The position numbers and the translations under genes were made by a program. A stretch of 64,000 bases of DNA from an uncultured bacterium (lineage in GTDB: Bacteria; Patescibacteriota; Minisyncoccia; Phycocordibacterales; DATDWN01), in contig CAIOTC010000018.1 in NCBI GenBank assembly GCA_903861205.1, forward strand, positions 11,800 to 75,799. Direction: 5' to 3'. The notes under the pieces were generated by a model. The model was not told where the DNA came from. It saw only the letters and a list, made by a program, of their open reading frames with translations, and ran no database searches. Of the stretch, positions 47,859 through 59,800 are shown piece by piece; position 1 is the stretch's first letter, and each line of letters opens with the position of its first letter.

Positions 47859-50800
47859 ATGAGTTCCGATTTATTCTTTCAAAATAAAAAATATATTTCC
47901 GCTAAAGAAGCGGCGGAACTAACTTCGTATTCCAGAGATTACATCGGACAACTTTGCCGCGATAAAAAAATTGATTCGAAAAGAATCGGACACACTTGGT
48001 ACGTTTGCGAGGAATCAATTTTAAATTATAAAAACACTCCTACTGATTTTGATTTTGCGAAGAATTTTAAAGGTGCGCTCACACCGGGTGTTGGGGATCA
48101 AACACCCGGTGAGAGCTCCACAAATTTGTTCCCGAGGACTGACCTCCAATGCCCAATTTCCCGAGGTCAGACCTCCGGAACAAAATTTGTCAAATCGACA
48201 CACAAAATTCTTTTTGCAAAGAATTTTCACTTCTCGAAAGTTTTTGCTTCTGTTGCGGCAATTGTCATTTTCTTCCTTGGGACGATTTCATTGGCGCAAG
48301 GTTTTGCGAATCTTGTTCCGATGACTTCAAAATTTGCCGGCGATGTTTCGAAAATTTCTCTTTCACAAATTGCAAAGTCCGCGCAAAATATTTCAGATGA
48401 AATTTCCGCAGCGCCGGAAAATTCTTACAACGCGCTAAAAGATATTGCAGTTTTTTATTCATCGGAGTTTACCGATGGTCTGATCAATTTTGGAAATAAA
48501 ATTCAAAACGCCACTTTTGCATTTTTGAATCAAACGAAAAAATTGGCCAAAAATCCCCCGCTTTACATCGTCCAATCTTTGACCGGGCTAGCCGGTGGCG
48601 AAACAAAAATTGTCGACAGTGGAATTTCCATTTCCGGCAACGCCATCGCCACGGCGCACGAAAAAACTTTTGCTTTTATTTCCGACTCGATTGGCGGTTT
48701 ACCTTTTGTTGCGAACTACACCACCTCGACAACAAAAAATATGACTTCGTCGGTGGCGATGGCGGTGCAAGAAAAAGCATTGACGCCGGTTGATCATGCC
48801 GGCATTTCGATTTATGACTCGGTCAACAATTTCTTCCGAACGAATTTGTATTCTCCGCTCCTAGCATTTCTCGGTAAAAGTCCGAACATTGTGGTGCCGG
48901 AGAAAAAGTCGGCAGGACCGATGATTGCGAAAAATCAGGGTGTGCTCACACCAAAGTCAGATTTGTCCACACCTGGTGATAACGTTGCTTCGCCGTTGAC
49001 ACCAGGTGAGTACAAATCTGCGGGCATAACCAGCGCGGAGCTTGATTTGCGTTTACAGGAACTCGACAACAAAATCGCGGCCAAGTTTGCCCAACTTTCG
49101 ACTGGCAACGGCGGAAGCGTGCAAAATATTTACAACATGATTGCTCAGAGCCAAGTCGGCGCGGGCGTCTCGAACGGCGGATCGGCCAGCTCGGCAACGG
49201 TAGCCAACGGACTTGTGGCCGGCACGGACATCAGCGTCAACTCCATCACGGTTACCGGCTCGGCCACATCGACATTCGCCGGCGGAATTGCGATTAGCGG
49301 CGGCTGTATTTCGGTGAACGGCGTTTGCCTCGGTTCCGGTTCCGGCAACACAACTGGCGGTTTGGCCGGACAATTTCCGTATTACCAAAATGACGGTTCG
49401 ACACTTTATGCAACTTCATCAATCTTTATCACCCCGAACGGAAATGTCGGCATTGGCACGACGACGCCCGCCAAAAAATTCTCGGTTGACGGCGATGTCA
49501 TTGTTAGCGGAAATATTTTCACCACGCTTTTCAATGCCATCAGCTTGAGCGCGACGAATGCCACGACATCAAACTTCGCCATTACCAACATCAAATCATC
49601 TCTCCTCAAAACAAACGCCGACGGCACGGTTGTCGCCGCGATTGCCGGCACCGACTACGAATCCAGCACAACGGTCAATTCGCTGATCAACGCTTCGACC
49701 ACCATCGCCAAACTTTACACCAACAACAATTTCACCGGACTGCAAACATTCAACTACTCATCCTCCACCATTTACTCATCGTTTGTCACCGCCTCGACCA
49801 CCAATCTTTTGGCCGGTACCATCTCACTCAACGGCACAGATTTGCAAACGACACTCAACGGCAAGCAATCCACCATCTCCGCTAACTGGCCGTTCACACT
49901 CACCGGCAGCACACTTGGTTGGAATGGTCTTTCCACTTCATCGGCCGCCACCATCGGCAACATTCCGTACTTCACCTCCGCAAACACATTCGGCAATGTT
50001 GGAACCACCACACCGACATTTAACCTCGGTCTGACAGCCGGAGGAACATGGTCTGTTCTCGGTTCCGCGCCGACACTTACCATCGCTACATCTTCTCTCT
50101 ACACCGGTACCACCGGACAATTCCCGTACTTCAGTGGGACAAACACCATCACTGCCACTTCGTCACTCTTCCTCGCGACGAGTGGGAATGTGGGCATTGG
50201 AACGGCGATTCCGGGCGTGAAATTGCAAGTTGTAGGACAATCAGGAACTGGAAACATAGGAGTGATAAATATCACCGGTTATGACTCGTTCGGTCAAAGT
50301 TTGGTTATGCAACTGCCAAGTACCGGATATACCGGTAATCTGATTGCATTGATGAAAGCCGCCGGTGGCTCAGGCCAGGCCATGGGTTTTTCAACTCATT
50401 TTACTTCCGACGCGGTTGACAGGTTTTCCATAATGAATCATCTTGGCGTTGAAAATCTTTCTGTTTTAGACAGCGGCAACGTTGGCATTGGCAGTACTTC
50501 TCCAACATACAAACTATCGGTCGAAGGAACATCATCTCTAGGCAATCAAGCCATCGCCGGATATTTCACCGCCACCTCGACCATGGCCACTTCCACATTC
50601 GCCGGCGGTCTCGACATCACCAAAGGTTTGCAACTGAACAGCGGCTACATTTTCGGCGCGGGACTTTCCTCTTGCAACGGCACTACGGCCAAACTTTTAT
50701 GGAACGCGACCACCGGCCAATTCGAGTGCGGCACTGATGCCGGCTCGTCCGGTCTCGGCATCTCATCGATCAACGGTCTGGCTGTCGGTGTGCAAAAATT

Positions 50801-53800
50801 AGCCACATCGTCCACTAACGGCGGCTGGGGATTTTTGTCATCGGTTGACACGCACACGCTCAACATTCCGACGGCCTCGGCGACAAATCCGCTCGGTTTA
50901 CTTTCGTCATCGGACTGGACAACGTTCAACAACAAGGACAGTTTCGCTTTTCCATTCATCGCCCAATCGTACGGAATGTCCACCACGTCAACTCTCGGTT
51001 TGCTCGGCGGATTTTTCACACCGGCTTCGGCCTCATCCACCATCGCCGGCACGTTCAACTTGCCGTCACTTTCAAACGGCGCGCTGGCCGTCTACAACGG
51101 ACTGGTCGGAAGCTATGCCACCACCACGGCCGGATCTTCTCTGACATATTCCGGCAATGCGTTTAATCTGAACATGGCCAACGCCAACTCGTGGACGGCC
51201 AACCAAACATTTGCATTCTCGTCGACCACGTATGCATCGCTGACCACCGCGTCGACAACCAATCTCACCATCGGCGGAAACACTTTCAACACACTTGTCG
51301 GCGCAGGACTGATCAACAACTCCGGCGCGCTTGGTCTGACCAACACTTCGCTTACAGTCAACGCCGGCACCGGACTTTCCGGCGGTGGCACAGTCGCTTT
51401 AGGCGGAACAATCACACTTTCAAATCAGCTGGCCACCTCGTCCGGCGAATCAGCGGGCAACTTGGCATACTGGACCACGACCAACGGAGTGCCGGCCAAA
51501 CTCGGCTCGGTGGCCACCACCACCCTGACTGCTTCCGGCGCGCTGTCACTCGACCACGCCATTTCCGTGCTTGGCTCGACACCATCGATCCTGACATGCG
51601 CCACCGCCAACTCCTCGACGTTCGGATGTTTAGCCGCCGCTGACTTCTCCAAATTTAATTCCGCCACCACTACTTTTGGCGGAGGATTGTCATATTCAAA
51701 CGCATCAAATCAAGCGACACTGAACATGGCCAATGCAAACACTTGGACAGCGTTGCAATCATTCAACTACTCATCGTCAACGATTTACTCATCATTCGTC
51801 ACAGCATCGACCACAAATCTTTTGGCCGGAACAATTTCACTGGGCGGCGCCGATTTGCAGACGACACTGAATTCGAAACTTGGCACATCCCTCGCCAAAG
51901 GAAAATTCCTCGTAGGCGATGATAATGGCGTGGCGCAGGCGACATCGACAATTTTCATTTCTTCGACAGGCAACGTGGGGATTGGGACAGCAGTACCGGG
52001 AGCGTTAGTTCACATATTGTCTTCTGCAACAAAAAATGTAAATGGCCAAGAAGTTTTGAGACTTTCAGGTACAGCTGCAGCTGACACTATTGGAAGCGGG
52101 CCCAAAATATTATTTACTCATTCCGACAACACAGTAACCGCATCGATTCGCTCTTATACTTTTGGGGCTAGTGATACTGGTCTGGCATTTAGCACTGGTT
52201 ATGGAGCTTTGACAGATAAGATGTTTATTAATAACGCGGGCTCCGTCGGCATCGGCTCGACATCTCCGACGTACAAACTCTCCGTCGAAGGAACATCATC
52301 TCTCGGCAATCAAGCCATCGCCGGATATTTCACTGCCACTTCTACCATGGCTACTTCGACATTCGCCGGCGGACTCGATATCACCAAAGGTTTGCAACTG
52401 AACTCCGGTTACATTTTTGGCGCGGGATTGGGAACATGCTCGTCTGTTACCGGAAAAATAACTTGGAATTCAGCAACCGGACAATTTGGTTGCGGGACTG
52501 ACGCGGGTTCGTCCGGTGTTGGCATCACCTCTCTCGGCGCGCAATATTCCATCGCTCAAACCAACGCTATCCAAACTCTGGCTACCTCGACATCGCTCGA
52601 CGCCAATCTCCGACTGACCATCACCTCGGCCGGCGACACGCACACATTCACACCGTCCTGGTTTGGCACGCTCGACGACAGTCGCATCACTTCGGCCGCC
52701 AATTGGAACACCGCGTACTCGAGCAGAATCACCTCCGCCTCACTGCCGCTTTCATTCTCCGGCAACGTTCTCTCAATCTCGCAAGCCAACGGCACGACCA
52801 ACGGCTACTTGTCCGCTGCTGACTTCTCCAAATTTAATTCTGCGACAACAACATTCGGCGGAGGATTGACATACACCGCGGGCACAAACCAAGCTACGCT
52901 GAATCTTGGAAATGCCAACACCTGGACTGCACTGCAATCTTTCAACTACTCCTCATCAACCATTTACTCGTCATTTGTCACAGCTTCGACCACCAATCTT
53001 TTGGCCGGCACCATTTCACTGGGCGGCACCGATTTGCAAACAACACTCAATGGCAAACAATCCACTATCTCTGCATCATGGCCGATTACACTAAACGGTG
53101 CGACAGTTGGCTTCAACGGACTCTCCACTTCCTCTGCAGCTGTCACCGGCAACATTCCATACTTCACCGGAGCGAACACATTCGGCAATGTGGCTACCAC
53201 TACACCAACATTCAATCTCGGACTGACAGCTGGAGGAACATGGTCTGTTCTAGGCTCCGCACCGACACTTTCCATCGCCACTTCTTCTCTCTACACCGGT
53301 ACTGCTGGACAATTCCCATATTTTAGTGACACCAACACCATCACCGCCACTTCATCGCTCTTCTTAGCGACGAGTGGGAATGTAGGCATCGGGACGGCAT
53401 CTCCTGTAACTCCTCTAGATATCTACAGAAACGGCAGTTACTACAATTATTTAAATCTCAGAAACGGGCAAATGAGTAATAACGTCGGCTTGCCTTCCGT
53501 AGACACTGTGTTCAGCGTTAGCCAAGAAACTCCAACATATGGGAAAGCGATAGTCACCGGAGTTTATTCAAATGGAGACAGCTACGCATTAAAATTGAAG
53601 GGAGTTAGCGGAGCAACCAGTTTGACCGCGGCCCCTCTTGTTTTGACCGGCGCAAAAAGAAATAGCAGCAGTCAAGTTAACGTTGCTGATACAGAACAGT
53701 TGTTGCAAGTACAAAAAAATGATGGCACTGCTTTGATGACTATGTTGGGTGGTGGAAATTTGGGCATTGGCACCACCTCGCCATCGTACAAATTGGATGT

Positions 53801-56800
53801 GATGGGTGGTATTGCTTCGTACGGTTCTTCGTTCTTTGGCGGAGCCATCACCGCCACATCGACACTGAACGTCAGCGGACTTGCGACATTCGCGTATTCC
53901 ACCACCACCTACGGATCTTTCACCACCGCTTCAACAACAAATTTTGTTTTGAACGGACAAACATTCAACAATCTTGTTGGTTCCGGTCTGTCGCTAAACA
54001 ACGGCGTGCTTTCCGCGACGGGTGGAGCCGGCAATGTTTCTACCTCATCAGGTGAGGTAATGGGACAACTTTCATACTGGACTACCACTAATGGCACCCC
54101 GGCAAAATTGGGAAGCGTCGCCACCACCACCTTGACCGCTTCCGGCGCGCTCTCACTCGATCACGCCATTTCCGTTCTCGGCGGAACTCCGGCGATCCTC
54201 ACATGCACCACGGCCAACGCCACCACTTTCGGTTGTTTGGCCGCCGCTGACTTCTCCCGCTTCAATTCCGCCACGACGACATTCAGCGGAGGACTATCCT
54301 ACACAGCCGGCACAAATCAAGCATCGCTTAACATGGCAAATGCAAATACATGGACAGTCAACCAATCTTTCAATTATTCCTCATCAACCATTTACTCGTC
54401 ATTTGTCACCGCCAGCACCACCAATCTTTTGGCTGGCACAATCTCACTCAATGGCACGGATTTGCAAACAACATTGAACTCAAAACTCGGAACGACACTG
54501 GCCAAAGGAAAATTCATTGTCGGTGATGACAACGGTGTGGCGCAGGCGACATCGACACTATATATATCATCCCTCGGCCAAATCGGCATCGGCGATACCT
54601 CGCCGTCCGCTTTACTTTCCGTTGGCACCACTACCAGCACCAACGCCGTTGGCGGAATGTATTTTGGCAAGGACACCACGGCGAATTTGTACAGGAGTGG
54701 AGCGGGATGGTTGAAGACTGATGGAAATTTGGAAGTGGCCGGCGGAACAGGTTTGAAAATCAGCAGTGGAGCTTTAAATATGAATGGTGGCGCAATTAGT
54801 AGTATCAGACAATTAGTTGGAGCTACAACTGATGATGGAACAGGTGTAATTAATTTCTCTAATGCAAATCTTACATCCGCTCAATATATTAACCTTACCC
54901 AAAATACTTCCGCTTTTACCGGCGACGGTTTGAAGTTTAATTTCGCTGCAGGCTCCGGTTCCTTCACCGGCAACTTTGCTGAGTTCCAAAATAACAGCGT
55001 AACAAAGTTTGTTGTCAAATCAGATGGTTCAACCGGCATCGGCTCATCCACTCCCGGTTCGCTCCTCTCCATTGGTGGCAATGGCACAGGTTGGAATTTC
55101 TTTGACAACGGCACGACGACCAGCTACGCAAAAGGAATTGATCTGAAAAACGGCGGTTGCTTCGCTGTCAACGGCACGTGCTTGTCGAGTGGCGGATTGT
55201 CGGCGGCCATCACTTCGCTCAACGGACTAACCGGCGCGATCCAAACATTCGCCACCACATCGATCGCCGGCGGTTGGGGCTGGAGCTCGGTTGGCACCAC
55301 ACACACACTCAACATTCCGACGGCTTCGGCCACCAACCCACTCGGCCTGCTTTCCGGCGCGGACTTCACCACCTTCTCCAACAAGCTCGGCAACACGCTG
55401 GCCAAAGGTAATTTCTTTGTCGGCTCGGATGGCAATGTGGCGCAAGCGACAAGTTCCATTTTCATTTCATCGACCGGCTCGATCGGCATCGGCACGCAAA
55501 ATCCATCATCGCTTCTGTCGATCCTCGGCACCACCGGCGGACCGTCACTTTTCAACGTCGCCTCCACATCGGGCAATTCCATTTTCAGCATTCTCAATAA
55601 CGGCTCGATCGGCATCGGCACATCATCACCGCTCGCCACGCTGGACATTCAAAATAATCCGACCAGTTTCCAAAATTTGCTGAACTTCTCAAACTCCTCC
55701 GGCACATCGCTCATGAATGTCGGCTGGTACGGCGACTTGACCCAAAATATTTCCTCGACCTCGGCGGTCAATATCCAGGACGGCGCGGGCAACTCGGTCT
55801 TCTCGATCGACACCACGCAGTCGTCGTCCAACGCCGGTCTCGACATCACCGCGGGTGGCGCGCAGTCGGGTAATTTGCTGAACGTCTACTCGTCCGGCGG
55901 CGACTTGCTCTCCGGCATCACCTCCGAGGGCGGCTGGTTCTCCAACATCGGCTCGACCAACGCGCTGTCCCTGCAAAACGGCAGTGGCTTGCCGGCCTTC
56001 ACATTTGACACCATCGGCAACCAGCTGACCGTCGGCTCGTCGACCGTGCCGACCACTTCGCTTCTCAATGTCATTGCCGTCGACCAATCGACTGATTTGT
56101 TTGACATCGCGTCAACCTCAGGCACGACATCATATTTGCACGTGACCAACACCGGCCAAACCGGCATTGGTACCAGCACCATAAACGGCACATCGCTTGC
56201 TTCCACTTTGACCGTGGCCGGTGACGCCAACTTCCCGACATATCCGCTTTTGACCATCGCCTCGTCCACCGGCACAAATCTGTTGACACTGGGTGTCAAC
56301 GGATATCTGGGACTTGGCTCGACCACTCCGGGCTCGCTGTTGTCGGTGGGTGGCGATGCAGTGGGCATCAACTTCTCGCTCGCGACAACGACGTACTCGA
56401 CCACCGGTGGAATTAACCTAACCAAAGGTGGTTGCTTTGCGGTCAACGGCACATGCCTATCTGGTGGAGGAATTTCCGGATTGACCGGTTCAACATTGGC
56501 TAAAGGCAGTTTCCTCGTTGGCGGCGACAACAATCAATCGCAGGCGACATCGACACTATATATATCATCCCTCGGACAAATCGGCATCGGATCAACCACT
56601 CCATGGGGTCTCCTCTCCGTCAACGCCAACGCTCTCACCTCCGACACACCGCAATTCGTTGTCGGCTCATCGACCGCCACCAACTTCATCGTGGCGAATA
56701 ATGGCAACGTCGGCATCGGGACAACGAGTCCACAGGCAACCTTGAATGTTTGGGGAACTTCCGGAACAAATCCGTTTTTGGTTTCTTCATCAACGGGAAG

Positions 56801-59800
56801 TGGGCTGATGGTTGTTCAACAGAACGGCAATGTCGGGATTGGGACGACGGGGCCCAATGCTGACTTGGATATATCTAATGCTAATCTGACACAAACAATC
56901 AGGCTGGGTTATTCGGGAACTCCGGCGGGACAGTATGCGCAATTTCAATTTAATAAAGCCTCGGATAATAGTTTAAATATTCTCACAAATTATTCCGGAG
57001 GTACAAATAATGTAATAACGTTCTCTCCAGGCGGAACCGAAAAGGTGCGATTTCAACAGAACGGCAACGTCGGCATCGGGACGACGACTGTGGGTAGTAG
57101 ATTAGTCGTGCAAGGTTCGGGAGCTACATCAGCTACGACAGCTTTAACGGTACAGAACAGTGCGGGAAGTGTGGCAATGTCAATATTAAATAACGGCAAC
57201 GTCGGCATCGGGACGACGAGTCCGAGTCAGTTGTTGACTGTGGGGAATAATAATCAGTTTACGGTTTCTTCAGTCGGAGCACTGGTGTCTCAAACGGCAA
57301 CAATTGGAGCAACGGCTGTGGTGCCTGTTGTGGTGAGTGGTACCGGAATATTCGGTGGCGCTTCTCCTAATGGGACATACAGTTATATTGGTAAGGATGG
57401 CTTTGGTGCAAATGAGTATCAATTTGGTACTTGGTATATATGGTGGGATAATGCGGTGCCTTGCTGGATTATTAATCATAGCCTTGGAACATGGAGTTCA
57501 AACGGGTTTTATAGTAGCGGAGGTTCAGGAACACCGCCATATGGTTTGGCCTGGAACAATGGGTCGTCAGGAACTGTGACTACTGCCGCTGGAGTGGCAA
57601 GTAATTTGACGGTAGATGGAGGTGGCAGCATTATTACCGGTGGTACTTTAAGTGTAAATGGAACAGGGAATAGTTATATACTCGGCAACGTCGGCATCGG
57701 GACAACGAGTCCACAGGCAACCTTGAATGTTTGGGGAACTTCCGGAACAAATCCGTTTTTGGTTTCTTCATCAACGGGAAGTGGGCTGATGGTTGTTCAA
57801 CAGAACGGCAATGTCGGCATCGGCACCACCACTCCAACCAACAAACTGACCATCACCGACACGGCCAATCCGCAGTTGACCCTGTCGGCTGACGCGGGTG
57901 TCTCGCAATGGGCCTTCCGCAACGCCGGTGGGAATTTGTATTTTGCCACGACCACGGTGGCGGGAACAGCGACAACATCGACTTCTGCGCTCTCCATTTT
58001 TAACAACGGCAACGTCAGCATTGGCAATTCCGCCACAGCCAACACTCTGACGGTTGGTGGCGGTTCGAACCTTGCCAGTATCAGCAACACCGCCACTTCC
58101 ACATTCTCACACAGCATCAGCTTGTCTGACGGATGTTTTGCCATCGGTAACACTTGCATCGGCTCGTCAAACGGCTCGGGCACGGTTGGTGTGGGAACGC
58201 AGGGTTATGTTCCGTTCTACAACACCGCCACCGATGTTCTCCAGGCCACATCGACACTATATATAGCGCAGTCTGGCTACGTCGGCATCGGCGGAGTGAC
58301 CAGTCCGACAAATCCGCTGGACGTCAGAGTCGGTGGCAGTGTTGCTTCGCCGAAACTGATTTCCTTTGACTTACTCGGTTCGGTCGAGCGCATCAAGACA
58401 ACATCGACCGCTTTGGATTTGCCAAACTTTATATATCTCGACTCGTCATCCGGCGACGCCACTTTGTCCAACACGGCCAACACCCAGAGCCAGATATTGC
58501 TCGGCGCTAATACCACTGTCGAAGGTCAGGGCAGTTTGTACCTCGACACATTCTCCGGCGGTGGCGGCAGCATTTTCTTCCGACCGCTCGGCACGCAGAA
58601 AATGGTTTTGACCAGTGATGGCAAACTGGGCGTGAATACCACAGCTCCGGCAGGGAATTTGCAAGTCAACGATGGCGCGAACGCTTTCCTGGTCAACGCC
58701 TCCGGCCAAGTCGGCATCGGCACGACCACACTGACATCGAAACTTTCCGTCGAGGGTAGCGTGACCTCATCGGGCGCCAGCGCGGTGGCGGGATTGTTCG
58801 CTTCGTCAACATTGAGCAACTCGAATGGTAGCGGATTCCAGTTCGGCAACAGGCTGATCAACAACGTCATCGGTGGAACGGCCGGGACCGAGGACGGGTT
58901 GTTCGTGCGCATGATCGATTCGTCCAGCGCAGCCAACACGGTGCGTGGTCTCGAAGTTCAGGCTTACTCGGGCAACAACACGGCCGGCGTCAACACCGGT
59001 ATCGCCACCTACGGCAAGACATTCGGTTTGCAAGCTTACACCACCGCGCTGGCCGGCGGAGTGTCGCAACCGGCGGCGGTGTTTGCGCAACTCGACAACG
59101 GCGGCGCACCGACCATCGGCAATGCTATTCGCGCATATTCCAACTCGCTGACATCGGCCACGCTGGTCAGTTTGTACCACGAGACATCGGCCTTCACCGG
59201 CACAGGTTTGGCCATGAACTTCGGCAACAACTCCGGCAGCTTCAGCGGTAACTTCCTCGATTTGCAAAACGCGGGTGTGAGCAAGTTCCGAGTCAACAGT
59301 GTTGGCCAAACGATAATCGGTTCTGCCGGTTCGTTCAACAGCTCGATGCTCGATGTCGCTTCGTCGACCGCCACCTCGAACGTCGACATGTTCCGCATCA
59401 TCTCCGACGTCGGTGGCGCGGCCAACGTCAAATTCCGCATCGACTCCGACGGAGATGTCTTCACTGACGGTGGCACGACAATCGGCTCACCGGCCGACAT
59501 CGCCGAGAATTATCCGGTCGCCGAGGACGGCCTCGAAGCCGGCGACGTGGTGGCATTGTCAACATCAACAAGGGTCCCCCTTGTGGATTCTGGATTACAA
59601 GGGGGACCCTTGTTGGGAGATTCTGCAACCACCACCATCTCCGGTCTTGTCAAAGCTTCTCGCACCGAGCGCAACATTCTCGGTATCGTCTCAACCAAGC
59701 CAGGCGTTCTGCTTTCCGGCAACACCGAAAATGCCGTGCCTGTCGCGTTGGCCGGACGCGTGCCAGTCAAAGTGTCTGACGAAAACGGCGCCATTGTGGT

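Noticed and set aside
49740-57817. Diversity-generating retroelement TR/VR pair
   Set aside because: No reverse transcriptase, and repeat differences are mostly synonymous rather than adenine-specific.
59522-59535. CGAGG-ACGG-CCTCG palindrome
   Set aside because: The spacer is N4 rather than N5 and it lies in ordinary domain sequence, so it is probably chance.
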